64,000 nucleotides of DNA from Mobula hypostoma (GCF_963921235.1 NC_086106.1:21824001-21888000), one strand, 5' to 3'. Counted from the stretch's first letter, positions 14,116 to 26,660 are shown. Numbers and translations: made by a program. Notes: a model not told the origin generated them from the sequence alone.

Positions 14116-15085
14116 AAACAACAGGAATTCTACAGATGCTGGAAATTCAAGCAACACACTTCAAAGTTGCTGGTGAACGCAGCCGGCCAGGCAGCATCTC
14201 TAGGAAGAGGTGCAGTCGACGTTTCAGGCCGAGACCCTTCGTCAGGACTAACTGAAGGAAGAGTGAGTAAGGGATTTGAAAGCTGGAGGGGGAGGGGGAG
14301 ATGCAAAATTATAGGAGAAGACAGGAGGGGGAGGGATAGAGCCGAGAGCTGGACAGGTGATAGGCAAAAAGGGGATACGAGAGGATCATGGGACAGGAGG
14401 ACTGGGAAGAAAAACAGGGGGGGTGACCCAGAGGATAGGCAAGAGGTATATTCAGAGGGACAGAGGCAGAAAAAGGAGAGTGAGAGAAAGAATGTGTGCA
14501 TAAAAATGAGTAACAGATGGGGTACGAGGTGGAGGTGGGGCCTAGCGGAAGTTAGAGAAGTCAATGTTCATGCCATCAGGTTGGAGGCTACCCAGACGGA
14601 ATATAAGGTGTTGTTCCTCCAACCTGAGTGTGGCTTCATCTTTACAGTAGAGGAGGCCGTGGATAGACATGTCAGAATGGGAATGGGATGTGGAATTAAA
14701 ATGTGTGGCCACTGGGAGATCCTGCCTTCTCTGGCGGACAGAGCGTAGATGTTCAGCAAAGCGGTCTCCCAGTCTGCGTCGGGTCTCACCAATATATAAA
14801 AGGCCACATCGGGAGCACCGGACGCAGTATATCACCCCAGTCGACTCACAGGTGAAGTGATGCCTCACCTGGAAGGACTGTTTGGGGCCCTGAATGGTGG
14901 TAAGGGAGGAAGTGTAAGGGCATGTGTAGGACTTGTTCCGCTTACACGGATAAGTGCCAGGAGGGAGATCAGTGGGGAGGAATGGGGGGGGGGGGGAACG
15001 AATGGACAAGGGAGTTGTGTAGGGAGCGATCCCTGCGGAATGCAGAGGGGGGGGGGGAGGGAAAGATGTGCTTAGTGGTGGGATC
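14116..15085 (-). mobile_element. 5'-truncated Penelope-like element (GIY-YIG C-terminus and pseudo-LTR) with 12-bp TSD
   Basis: ORF 14542-15009 GVIYCVRCSRCGLLYIGETRRRLGDRFAEH; TSD CCGATAATACAC at 14104-14115 and 15086-15097. Confidence 0.92.
14215..14248 (-). ncRNA. Minimal type I hammerhead ribozyme motif in Penelope pseudo-LTR, core intact
   Basis: Minus strand GTC-CTGACGA-agggtctcggcct-GAAAC-GTC-GAC: CUGANGA and GAAA core, GUC cleavage triplet, GTC/GAC stem I. Confidence 0.75.
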
Positions 15086-15995
15086 CCGATAATACACGCT
15101 CAACATAGCACTGGTGCTATACAACTCCGTGTGCACAGCCCCGACGTTATTGAATTCATATCTGTAATTTTCCCCTCAGTGGTGCTGCAGTGTCGTATTT
15201 ATGTTGCCAACGATACTACACTTGACCGATTCAACAATTCGTGACGAATTACCAATTAGAATAAAGATGCATTATGATGAAGAGTAGTGTCACAACAAGA
15301 ACAATCTGGCCACGGGTTGCAAGCAGTTCTCAAGGTCTGAATATCGACAGCAGGAAGAAGATAGTCACATTCAATTGGACCATTTCCTGCAGGGGCATCG
15401 GTGTTGGAGTGGTTAAATTGATTTTAATTTCTCTGGTGTTTACATGTCAGTTCTGTGAACTAATATTAAATATGATTGCGAAAAAAATCTAAATATACAT
15501 ATCCCATTTGCTATCTTCAAAATTTATGTAAATTCGGCATTTCATCAGAAGTTTGACGTATTTCGACTGCTGAATAGTGTAGCGGATCCTAACTGACTGC
15601 AGGTGTTGCATTGAACTTTTCCAGAGGAAGAAAACAAATCAGCATTAATGCTCAAAGAATCACACTACCTCCGACATGCTCTCTTCTCTGGCCATGCTAC
15701 CACAATCAAGTAGGAAGCACAGAAGCCATATGTCACATGGTCGATTTCAGGAACAGTCATTGCTCTGAAATGATCCTGCTCCTGAATCTGTTATAACAAA
15801 TGTAGTCAGCAGAATCCAGACAGATTCTGCACCCAACAGATTCGCTTTCAAGCACTTTTACTGATCATACTGTCATGTATTTATTTGCACAATTTGTCTT
15901 TATATTGCAAGGTTTTATGTCAGTTTCTGCTTATGTATCTTTGTTGTAACTTGTTTCAGAGAAAATACTTAAAGTATTTATTTAACTTACAGTAA

Positions 15996-17042
15996 ATACC
16001 TTCCCACCACCCCACTACGAATAGGGTTCCCCTGGTCCTCACCTACCACCCCACCAGCCTCCGGGTCCAACATATTATTCTCCATAACTTCCGCCACCTC
16101 CAACGGGATCCCACAACTAAGCACATCTTTCCCTCCCCCCCCCCTCTCTTCATTCCGCAGGGATCGCTCGCTACACAACTCCCTTGTCCATTCGTCCCAC
16201 CCCCCCCCCCCATCCCTCCCCACTGATCTCCCTCGTGGCACTTATCCGTGTAAGCGGAACAAGTGCTACACATGCCCTTGCACTTCCTCCCTTACCACCA
16301 TTCAGGGACCCAAACAGTCCTTCCAGGTGAGGCATCACTTCACCTGTGAGTCGGCTGGGGTGATATACCGCGTCCGGTGCTCCCGATGTGGCCTTTTATA
16401 TATTGGTGAGACCCGACGCAGACTGGGAGACCGCTTTGCTGAACATCTACGCTCTGTCCGCCAGAGAAAGCTGGATCTCCCAGTGGCCACACATTTTAAT
16501 TCCACATCCCATTCCCATTCTGACATGTCTATCCACGGCCTCCTCTACTGTAAAGATGAAGCCACACTCAGGTTGGAGGAACAACACCTTATATTCCGTC
16601 TGGGTAGCCTCCAACCTGATGGCATGAAAATTGACTTCTCTAACTTCCGCTAAGGCCCCACCTCCCCCTCGTACCCCATCTGTTACTCATTTTTTATGCA
16701 CACATTCTTTCCCTCACTCTCGTTTTTCTCCCTCTGTCCCTCTGAATATACCTCTTGCCCATCCTCTGGGTCACCCCCCCCCCTTGTCTTTCTTCCCGGA
16801 CCTCCTGTCCCATGATCCTCTCGTATCCCCTTTTGCCTATCACCTGTCTAGCTCTCGGCTCTATCCCTCCCCCTCCTGTCTTCTCCTATCATTTTGCATC
16901 TCCCCCTCCCCCTCCACTTTCAAATCCCTTACTCACTCTTCCTTCAGTTAGTCCTGACGAAGGGTCTCGGCCTAAAACGTCGACTGCGCCTCTTCCTATA
17001 GATGCTGCTTGGCCTGCTGCGTTCACCAGCAACTTTGATGTA
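15996..17042 (+). mobile_element. 5'-truncated Penelope-like element, inverted relative to 14116-15085
   Basis: ORF 16327-16653 nearly identical to the GIY-YIG ORF at 14542-15009; same pseudo-LTR at ~16945-17042. Confidence 0.92.
16951..16984 (+). ncRNA. Hammerhead motif copy with a core mutation (GAAA to AAAA), probably inactive
   Basis: gtcCTGACGAagggtctcggcctAAAACGTCgac. Confidence 0.6.
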
Positions 17043-17237
17043 TGGAGCAAAGAACTGTTTCTTTTCTGCTTCCACTGTCTTCGATTCATTCGAATTCACT
17101 GATTTCTAGACTGCAAGATAGTGCTATCGAATGAACTTTATTCGATAGATTGAGAGCAGAGTATATGATTTTTTTCCCTCATTTTATGCTTAAATTGGTC
17201 TACAATTTATCTCTGAAGCACGGCGTACGTTAGACTG

Positions 17238-20045
17238 AGCATAAGACCATAAGAGGATAAAACAAAGGAGCAGAAGTCGGACATTCGGCCCAACGAGTCT
17301 GCTCCACCGTTTTATCAAGAGCTGCTCCATTCTCCCATTTAGTCCCACTCCTCCGCCTTCTCACTATAACCTTTGAAGCCCTGGGTACACAGATACATGT
17401 CAATGTCTGCCTTAAGTACACCCAGTGACTTGGCCTCCACTGCTGCCCGTGGTAACAAATTCCATAGATTCAACACCTTCTGACTAATAAAAAAAATCTT
17501 CACATTTCTGTTCTGAATGGGCACCCTTCAATTCTTAAGTCATGCACTCTCGTACTAGACTCCCCCATCATGGGAAACAACTTTGTCACATCGACTCTGT
17601 CCATGCCTTTCAACATCCGAAATGTTTCTATGAGGTGTCCTCTCATTCTTCTAAACTCCAAGGAATACAGTCCAAGAGCGGAGAAACATTCCTCATATGA
17701 TAACCCGCTCATTCCAGGAATCATTCCAGTGAATCTTCTCTGTACCCTCTCCAATGCCAGCACATCCTTTCTTAAAGAAGGAGACCAAAACTGCCGACAG
17801 TTCTCCAAGTGGGGTCTCACCAGCCCCTTACAGAGCCTTAACATCACATCCATGCTCCTACACTCCATTTCTCTGGAACTTTGAATTATTTCACCATTTA
17901 AATAATAGTCTACCCGTTTATTTATTCTGTCAAAGTGCATAATCATACACTTTCCAACATTGTATTTCATTTGCCATTTCTTTGCCCATTCTTCCAATCT
18001 ATCCAAGTCTCTCTGCAGACTCTCCGTTTCATCAGCACTACCGCCCCCTCCACCTATCTTCGTATCGTCAGCAAGCTTAGCCACAAAGCATCTAGTCCAT
18101 AATCCAAATCGTTGATGTACAACGTAAGAAGAAGCGGCCCCAACATTGACCCCCTGTGGAACACCCGTGGTAACTGGCCTCCAACCTTTATTCCCACTCT
18201 CTGCTTCCTGCCAATCAGCCAACGCGCTATCCACTTATGTAACTTTCCCGTATTCCCATGGTCCCTTAACTTGTTTTGTAGCCTCATGTGTGGCACCTTG
18301 TCAAAGGCCTTCTGAAATTCCAAACATACAACATCCACTGCATCTCCCTTGTCTAGCCTACTTGTAACTTCCTCAAAAAAATGTAATAGGTTTGTCAGGC
18401 AGGATTTTCCTTTCAGGAACCCGTGCTGAGTTCTGCCTACCTTGTCATATGCCTCCAGGTACTCTGTAACCTCATCCTTGACAATCGACTGCAATAACTT
18501 CTCAACCACAGGTGTTAAGCTAACAGGTCTATAATTTCCTTTTTGCTTCCTTGCCCACTTCTTAAATAGCGGAGTGACATTTGCAATCTTCCAGTCCTCC
18601 GGAACCATGCCAGAATCTATTGACTTTTAAAAGATCATCGCTAATGCCTCCACAATCTCCACTGCTACTTACTTCAGAACAAGAGGCTGCATTCCATCTG
18701 GTCCGGGAGATTTATCTACCTTTAGACTATTCAGCTTCCTGAGTACTGTATCTGTCGTAATTGTGACTGCGCACACTTCTCTTCCCTGCCACCCTTGAGT
18801 GTCCGGTATACTGCTGATGCCTTCCTCAGTGAAGACTGATGCAAAATACTTGTTCAGTTCCTCCCCCATCATCTTATACCCATTACAATTTCTCCAGCAT
18901 CATTTTCAATCGGTCATATATCTACTCTCACCTGTCTTTTGCTATTTATATACTTGAAAATGCTTTCCGTATCCTCTTTGATATTATTTGCTCGCTTCCT
19001 ACCATAGTTAAGCTTTTCCCTCTTAATGACCTTCTTCGTTTCCTTTTGTAAGCTTTCAAAAACCTCCAACCCTCTGTCTTTCCATTAGTCTTTGCTTCCT
19101 TGTATGCCTTCTCCTTTGCTTCAACTTTGGCTTTGACTTCTCTTGTCAACCACGTTTACATCTCTTTTTTTTTCCCCATTCGAAAATTTCTTCTGTTCTG
19201 GAATATATCTGTCGTGCACCTTCCTCACTTTTCGCATACACTCTAGCCACTGCTGCTCTGCCGTCCTTCCCGCCAGTGTCTCTTTCCAGTCAACTTCAGC
19301 CAGTTCCACTCTAATGCCACTGTAATTTCCTTCACTCCACTGAAATACCTACACATCAGATTTCGACTCCTCTTTTTTTAAATTTCGAAGTGAACTCAAT
19401 CATATTATGATCACTGCCTCCTAAAGGTTCCTTCAACTCAATATCTCTAATCACCTCCGGTTACTTACAGAATTCCCAATCCAGTACAGCCGATCCCCTA
19501 GCAGGCTCAACAACAAGCTGTTCTAAAAATCCATCTCGCAGACATTCTGAAAATTCTCTCTCTTGAGATCCGGTACCGATCTGATTTTTCCAGTGCACTC
19601 GCATCTTAAAATCCCCCACAATTATCATAACACTACCCTTCTGAGAAGCCTTTCCTATTTCCTTTTGTAATTTGTAGTCCACATCACTGCAGCTGTTTGG
19701 AGGACTATAAATAACTGCCATCATGGTCCGTTTATCCCTGTGATTTCTTAGCTCAACCCATAAAGATTCTGCATCTTCCGATCCTATATCACCCCTTTCT
19801 AATGATTTAATATCATTTCTTACCAATAAAGCCAGGTCTCCCCCTCTGTCTACCTTCCTATCCTTCCGATACACCGTGTATCCTTGGACGCTCAGCTCCC
19901 AGAGACATGCATCCTTTAGCCACTTCTCAGACATGGCCACAATATCATACCTGCCAATCTGTAGCTGCACGACAAGATCATCCACCTTATTTCTTATGCT
20001 GCGTGCATTTAAGTATGACATCTTAAGACCAGTATTTGGTACTTT
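17238..20045 (-). mobile_element. CR1-type LINE ORF2 (APE endonuclease and RT), frameshifted
   Basis: ORFs 19461-20021 (YLNARSIRNK, GDF), 18054-18608 (YRPVSLT, QHGF, KAFDKVPH) and 17500-18234 (GVPQG, LADD); CATAAGAC tail at ~17240. Confidence 0.92.
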
Positions 20046-21297
20046 TCGCTTTGAATAGAACTAGTTTTAGAGGAAGGAGTAAAATTTTGCAAAGTCAATA
20101 TATATGTATGAATAGAAAGACAAGAGAATGACGGAGGAATAAGCATCTGTTCCCAACGTTTGAGTATTCACCTTTAGCAGCTAGAATGTAAGTTGTCCCT
20201 TCAAAAATACATAAATAATTGTGGAACTTGCTGACAGGTTCTATCTATCTATTTATCTATCTACCTTCCGATCTATCTATATATTTACCTATCTCCCTGT
20301 CTCTGAGCTTGTGACGATCTGTGCCTGTAGTTTATTGGAAATATTCTACAGTTTGTGTTTTTGTCAGCTCCGTAGTTTTCACTATTCGCTTTTATGCAGG
20401 TTTTAGAAATATTTTAACATATCTGCAAAACATAAAGTAATCCTGTTACGTTGACAAATAATTCAAAGTGATCGCACACGATCTCCTCAACGATTTCTAC
20501 TGCCATTAATACAAATAGTCAACTGCGAGAAAATATACTTTTCTTTTCTCGCCTAACTATTGATTTCCTGTAAACAACGACTTTCGAACCGAGGTACGTT
20601 CATGCATTCACTTCTGCAAATGTTCGTGTTAGACTCCCAAGGATCATTGAAATTGCATTTTTGACAATGACATGTCTAAACATTGGTATTTACTAAGTAG
20701 CATTTAAAAGTGGACAAAACGGCTTAAGGTCTTTGGAGGTATGAATTAAAGTATATCTTTACAACTACCTTGCTGTACAAAGAAAACAATGTTGACATGA
20801 TCTAAATGTTACCTAATTAAGTGTATTTTAAGTAAATCTAAATTGTCATACAGTCGGGTATGAGGTATTTGCAGATGTCAACCACCTCATTAACATATAG
20901 ATTAAGAAGGGAAAATTACAAAAAAAAAGAATAACTGCTGCAATGCGTCTGCATATATTTCATTTTCCACGCGTGGCCAATGTAACCAATTAATTCGCCA
21001 TCACCGGTCACATACTTCGGGCATTCATGTTTGTTTTACTGAGAATAACTTTCAGTATCAGTAGCTCGAAATTACCGCGAATTATTTTGAACTTTAAAAT
21101 CATAGTGGACTGATCTTTTTCAAATACATTATTGTATTCCTGATCTGCAACATTGATATTTATATCAATAACTGGGATGATAATCATGATAGCTGTGAAT
21201 CATGTGGCAGAAGGCTGTTCAAATATTAAGGTTAATCGCTGCGTTCATTTTTAATTGCTACCCACTTTGAAGGTATGACCCAAGGGTTGCTGTAATC

Positions 21298-21362
21298 CAG
21301 CTGCAAACGGATGATACCGCTATCTATTACTGTGCGATAGCGTATGCAATGGTATTCGCTTG
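21298..21362 (+). pseudogene. 3' remnant of an Ig V segment plus 26 nt of CDR3/D-like sequence
   Basis: Frame from 21301 reads LQTDDTAIYYCA-IAYAMVFA, the V framework-3 D-x-A-x-Y-Y-C signature; V-like similarity is not evident upstream of ~21295. Confidence 0.75.
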
Positions 21363-21390
21363 CACAGTGTGTGCTTCCAATACAAATACC
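21363..21390 (+). promoter_or_regulatory. Recombination signal sequence with 12-bp spacer
   Basis: CACAGTG (21363-69), TGTGCTTCCAAT (12 nt), ACAAATACC (21382-90; 8/9 match to ACAAAAACC). Confidence 0.88.
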
Positions 21391-21422
21391 TTCTGGTTTT
21401 TTATGTAATCATGTTCTTTCAG

Positions 21423-21719
21423 CGGAAGAGTCTGCACCCACCCTCTACCCTTTACTTTCATGTGAGTAATCCTGTGCCACAGAATCAGTCGCCTTCCGCT
21501 GCCTGGCGACGAAATTACTCCCTGGTGGATATCAAAATCTCCTCGATGAAGCCACAATCACAACAGGAATGAACACCTATCCGGCTGTGTTGAACAAGAA
21601 AGGAACTTACACACGCAGCAACCTGTTAACTGTCTCCGAGACACACACGGGCAGAAGCGCCATCTATTGTGTCTTTCAGCATCAAAATTCAGTCCAGAAA
21701 GTAAAAATGTCATGGCCAG
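21423..21719 (+). pseudogene. Cmu1 exon, disrupted
   Basis: tttcAG|...EESAPTLYPLLSCE*...VAFRCLAT, frameshift, NYSLVDIKISSMK, frameshift, ITTGMNTYPAVLNKKGTYT...AIYCVFQH...|GTtagt; TAA at 21467-69; core Trp codon reads TCG. Confidence 0.85.
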
Positions 21720-24014
21720 GTTAGTGTTAGGGTAAACTGAGGGCAAAATAAGACAAAATATATTTTAATTGTAGTGAAAGTACATTAACGTCCTCTGAAG
21801 ATTCTATTCTCCAAGCCACATTCAATCACTGGTTGCCTTTGGAACACCAGATACTATTTGTAACATACATTTACATCCTATTTCGACAGATGTATTACCA
21901 TGGGTGACGCATATTTGCAGTTTATTTGACAACATCTTAGCTCTCGACTTATATAACGCCTAGTTGTTTGTACCTCCACCGTAAAGAGAGGTTTTTAACT
22001 TTGAGTTCTTTCTCCGAACAATCGAATGCGAGGAACACGGAAAGCCTGAGAAAGTCGTTATTTATTTATTTATGTTTTTAAATCTTTCTCTAAAGTAATG
22101 GAACTGTGCCAGAAATCGCGAAGCACTTCGTTGACTTTAAACACTTAAATATATATATAAATCTCTTCGCGGAGTTTAAAAAAACAAGTGAGCATCAATA
22201 AATTCACTTACTGACGCTTTCCATTTATTTCAAAAGGACAGAGGATATAACACAGAAACAAGTACACAGCATAATAGACCTATCTATTGCACTGAGGTTT
22301 TCAACCACTTGAAGATCAAACTAACATATTTTCCCATAGAGCACTCATTTTTTTTTCACGAGCATTAGACTCTCTGAAATACTTCTAATGTATCGATCTC
22401 TACAATTACAGAGCGTTCAAACTGTCTGCTTCAGTTATTTTCCTTCTTACCTCTTACTTAACGGGAGGTAGGTTGGATAAATGCCTGGACGAAAGCCGAT
22501 ATAAGTCACAAGTTCACTCCACAATCAGTGTTAACTGAAGCCTTGAGAGCATTACCCACGTCATACAACACTGCAGACAATCGTGATAATGATCCCCACC
22601 AACATTCATTATCAAAAGAATAATATTCGCTGGCCTACAATCTTCTGGTAGTACTCCTGTGACCAGTAAGAAAACAACGACTACAGCCAAAGGTGTAGCT
22701 ATATCATCTTCGATTTCCTCTGGTAACATAGTATATATCTATGCTTTATAGCCCTCCAGCCCTTCTGATTTATGTATCCATTTTTTTTTTCAGCACTGAA
22801 ATTTCCAAACTTAATATTATCTGGCAGAATAGTCAATTCTATGGTGATTTTTCTTGTCTCAATCCTGCACTCGTAAGATCCTTCTTATGTACTTTCCTGC
22901 CGACTTTAGAAATCTCAAGGGCCCTGTCTGAACTTTCCATCCAACCGCCTATATACGGGTTCTTCGTTCTCTTGACTGAATGCCCCATCGTCATATCATC
23001 CATGTCCCCTTACTCATCTCTCCTTTCCGTGTTTCACTGTGACATGCCATCCAGAACACCAGTACAGATGCTCTTTAAACTACCAACAGGTCTCAACTCG
23101 ATATTTTCCTGAGTATATATTTTTCCAATTTACAGACCCAAAGTTCTTCCTAACAACATCAGAATCAGCTGTCCTACGGTAAAACACTTCCATATATTGA
23201 CTGCTCGCATTTGCCCAAATGCTATGCCACTGTCAGAGAGTCATAGATACGACAACCAAAACGCTTACCCAAACGGGTAACTGTCACTTGAAATGGTTCA
23301 GCAACAGGTTCCGGTCAATACGTCCGCTCCTCTAGTTGGCGTGTCTTCTTATTATTTCAGGAGTCTATCATGAATATATCTATTACATTCTGCTCCATCT
23401 AATTGTATTATACTGGGATGGTCTCAAGCAATATTAAGATATATATATATTTTTTTGGAGCGGATGACAACAAGCCTGCTGCTTTTGCAAATTTTCAAAA
23501 TCTACCTCTCATCCTGCTCACGTGCTTCTGATGCATTCTGGGTGGGGTTAATAGAGTACATCCAATAGTGTGATTACATTATATCTGTTCTACCTTTTGC
23601 TCACAAAGTCTCAGTAAACGGTCAGTTCATGGCCTCACCCGAAACAGTTGCGATAAAATCCCTCATCATCAATGCTACTCCCCCAACTCCTTTATTTCCC
23701 TCCTTCTCCCTTTTGAAACATCGAAACAGCGGAAAGTACAGCAGCCATCTCTGCTCTTGTGACAGATTACACTTGGTAATTGCAACATCATCTCATTTCC
23801 ATGAACCGATGCATGATCTGATTTTATCATACGTTTTCATGGGAAACTATTACATTTCAACCAATTCAACAGACTTTATTTCCTCACAGACTATTAACAC
23901 TCTGTTTGCCCATCCCCAGCGAACATTAGTTAACCCTACCCAACAGCTCTGAAAAAAAAACAAACCCTCCGACTTCTGTTTGAACACATCCCTTTTGCAC
24001 AGGTCAGTCTTTGC

Positions 24015-24046
<32 letters not shown>
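24015..24046. repeat. (AAT)n microsatellite, ~10 units
   Basis: Read directly from the sequence. Confidence 0.95.
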
Positions 24047-24048
<2 letters not shown>

Positions 24049-24472
24049 CAGTTATCCACGTATCTGCAACTCGTCCCCAGATACGCTTCTGCGGCCACCG
24101 CTTTACCCGGAGGGACCCGAGATTATCTCTCCAACGATAACTGACATGCTGAACACTCTACCACATTGTTCATTAGAAGCTACCTCTTTGAGGGCCCTGG
24201 GTGGGGCGGGTGGGGGTGTCCCACATACATGCAGAGGGAAAATGCATTGCATGGAAAATACCTTCAATTCTCCACAACTGAATACCTATCTGTACTACAG
24301 CTATTTATGAGAATATGATGAGGCATGTGCCGATATTACGTCAGACGAAAGGAAAATTCAATTGATTTCATTTCTTTCTTGTGTTGTGAAATCCTCGATG
24401 ATTAACTGTTCCTTTCATCAATGGCTTCTTGCCATATTGATACCAATTTCAAATACATTTATTTTCCTCAAG

Positions 24473-24783
24473 TTCAAAAGGTGCATCATCCAAACGTCGT
24501 TATCTCCGGGAACTCCCCTGAAGATATTAAGAGGAGCAGAAAAGCGACCGCAGTCTGTTCTATCACCGACTTCCGACCGGCGCACTTCACCGTGAACTTG
24601 CTGTAAAATGGACAGACGGTGAATTCCGGCGTCGTCACCTCCCCTGCTTTTCAGCGGAATGGGAACTTCTCAGCGACAAGCCAGGTGACGTCACGGCGAA
24701 GGAATGGTTCGCAGGCTCTGTCTATACCTGCCAGGTTACACACAAAAACGACATGCAAAGTCGAAATATCAGCAACACTGAAG
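24473..24783 (+). pseudogene. Cmu2 exon, disrupted
   Basis: ctcaAG|...HHPNVVIS...ATAVCSITDFRP..VNLL*NG...NGNFSATSQVT, 1-nt deletion, AKEWF..YTCQVTH...|GTaag; TAA at 24604-06; Trp codon reads TTG. Confidence 0.88.
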
Positions 24784-25062
24784 GTAAGAGACGTATCCGG
24801 GGGAAGTCCACATGTCACTGTGAGTGTCGACTTCTCTCCAAAGTGAGAACTTAATTGACATTAGGAAAACCACGGAACAGCATATTATTCTCTTCATAAT
24901 GTAGGGATCTGATCACTGACATTGCAGTTGTTTACAGCCGCTCTCTGGAAACTGTCCAGAGACGGAGAGATTGGAAATGGTCTTGCCCTATTGAATCGCA
25001 GAAGATTGGTGTTATATTTCCGATTCAGTTGTGGAAACATAACTGATGTTCATTTGCCGTAG

Positions 25063-25371
25063 ATATATGCTTATGCCAAGAAGTGCAAGGGACAATTCAA
25101 AAACCACCAGTGGAGCAGGTCTTACTGGAGGCTAGCGTCACCTTAACCTGCGTTATCACCAATGCGCCTTACCGCGTCCAAGTGTCTTGGATGCAAGGAG
25201 AGAATGAGTTGAAAACAGAAACTGCTTACCAGCCAGGAAATTCCCACGACAGCATGATCGGAAAACTGAATATTTCGACACAAGCTTGGTTGAGTGGGAA
25301 CTTATTCGAATGCGTGCTGAGACACAAGGAAATGCCGACCCCAAAAAGAGCTTACATCCGCAAGGAAGAAG
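25063..25371 (+). CDS. Cmu3 exon, open reading frame intact
   Basis: cgtAG|(D)[30 protein letters not shown]...VSW...[13 protein letters not shown]...RKEE|GTaag; 309 nt, both Cys and core Trp present. Confidence 0.9.
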
Positions 25372-26226
25372 GTAAGCTGGGATGGTAATGTATGTTCTTT
25401 TTGAGGGAAGGAGGGTGGCGCTCTTGTGCTTTTTTTTTTTTCTTTGGGGTTAATAAAAACAACTGTTGGAGACCACTGAGCAGGTTGCCAATATCTGAAA
25501 AAAATAGCCCGGCTGCAGCGTCTCGACAAAACATGTTGGCTTCTTATTCCTCACAGGAGACACTGACTGATCTGCTGATACCTTCGTCGGACGATGAACC
25601 GTTCTTACATCCTATTCAGTTTGAGTGCGTTTACGACGTGATGGAAAACATTGTTAGATCAGAGCGAACTTGTTGATATCCACTTAGTTTACCTATCACT
25701 CCATGAATGTCCAAACTCCTTTCTAACATACTTTCCTCTTTCATTATATCTGCAAATTGAAATTAATTGGCTCTCCTTTATCACGTCGCAGGAAACGTCT
25801 TCCAATGAAAGATTAACTCAGTTTTACCCTTGGCGAATATGTTCAATGACTCAACGAATAATTGATAAAGTTCAATTCATGTGACGTGGGTAATTCAATG
25901 ACCCCTGTGTCCCAAAAAATAAATGCTATCACAGCATATAGTTAAACTATCAGAAGAGAACCAGGTGGCAAAAAGATTAACATTCATCTGACGGTTCAAG
26001 AACTCTCGTAATGCGCCACGGGTACTTCAAAAACCTTGTCTCTTATAAATGAAAGTGAAGCCGTCCTCCATGGCATTTTCCACAATCTCGGACTGAAAAC
26101 TATCACAGAAGAGAAATGTTGTGCATTTAATATTTCTGCAAAATTACGATTTCTGCCCGTCTAAACTATCATCATTTCATCTCATTGCTTCCCGGTATAA
26201 TAATTGTTCTCCCCGTTTTTATGCAG

Positions 26227-26617
26227 CTGATAATCTTCAGAAACCTTCCGTCTCTGTCCTTCTTCCGCCAACAAGTGAAGTGTCCACAGAGAACACCGTC
26301 ATCCTCACCAGCTTAGTGAGAGGATTCTCTCCTCGCAGGGTTTTCGTTACCTGGACGGTCGATGAAACGCGGGTGGACTCACGCAACTATACGAATACAG
26401 CAGTTGCGGCAGAGAACGGCAAAAATTCTTTCTTCATGTACAGCCTGTTGTCTGTTCGTTCGGAACAGTGGTCCCAAGGTGCTTTGTTCTCCTGTGTTGT
26501 GGCACATGACACCCTCCGAAGGAAGACCATCACAAGAACCGTTAATCGCTCCAGTGGTAAACCCAGTTTTGTCAACGTATCCTTTGTACTGATGGATACT
26601 GAGATTATTGTCAATGA
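26227..26617 (+). pseudogene. Cmu4 exon (26227-26556) plus secretory tailpiece (26557-26617)
   Basis: tgcAG|(A)DNLQKPSVSVLLP...ILTS (first domain Cys replaced, AGC at 26310-12)...FSCVVAH...NRSS G|GTAAA internal TM donor; tail GKPSFVNVSFVLMDT; TGT CAA TGA at 26609-17 is out of frame. Confidence 0.9.
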
Positions 26618-26644
26618 TAATTTTATCATTTGCATTAAATGCTT

Positions 26645-26660
26645 AATAAATATCAATAAA
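26645..26660 (+). terminator. Tandem AATAAA polyadenylation signals of the secretory form
   Basis: AATAAA at 26645 and 26655, ~30-40 nt after the ancestral tailpiece stop. Confidence 0.7.

Larger units (their letters stand above)
13411..15208 (+). repeat. Diverged ~150-bp direct duplication; second copy split by a Penelope insertion
   Basis: GCAGTTAGTGTACATAAGCAATAACC at 13411 and 14080; homology resumes at 15098-15208 (ctcaaca.tagcact, agccccgac.ttatt, tgctgcagtgt). Confidence 0.8.

Noticed and set aside
20860-20885. ATTTGCAG plus CAGATG as an Ig intronic enhancer (octamer and E-box)
   Set aside because: Imperfect octamer and a single E-box are expected by chance at this scale
21307-21334. 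TACTGTG (21328-34) as the 5' heptamer of an unrearranged D segment
   Set aside because: No GGTTTTTGT-like nonamer at 12-nt (ACGGATGAT) or 23-nt (TCCAGCTGC) spacing; the bases are better explained as the YYC codons
21395-21422. GGTTTTTTA as a J-segment nonamer
   Set aside because: No CACTGTG heptamer or WGxG follows; the stretch is the Cmu1 acceptor region
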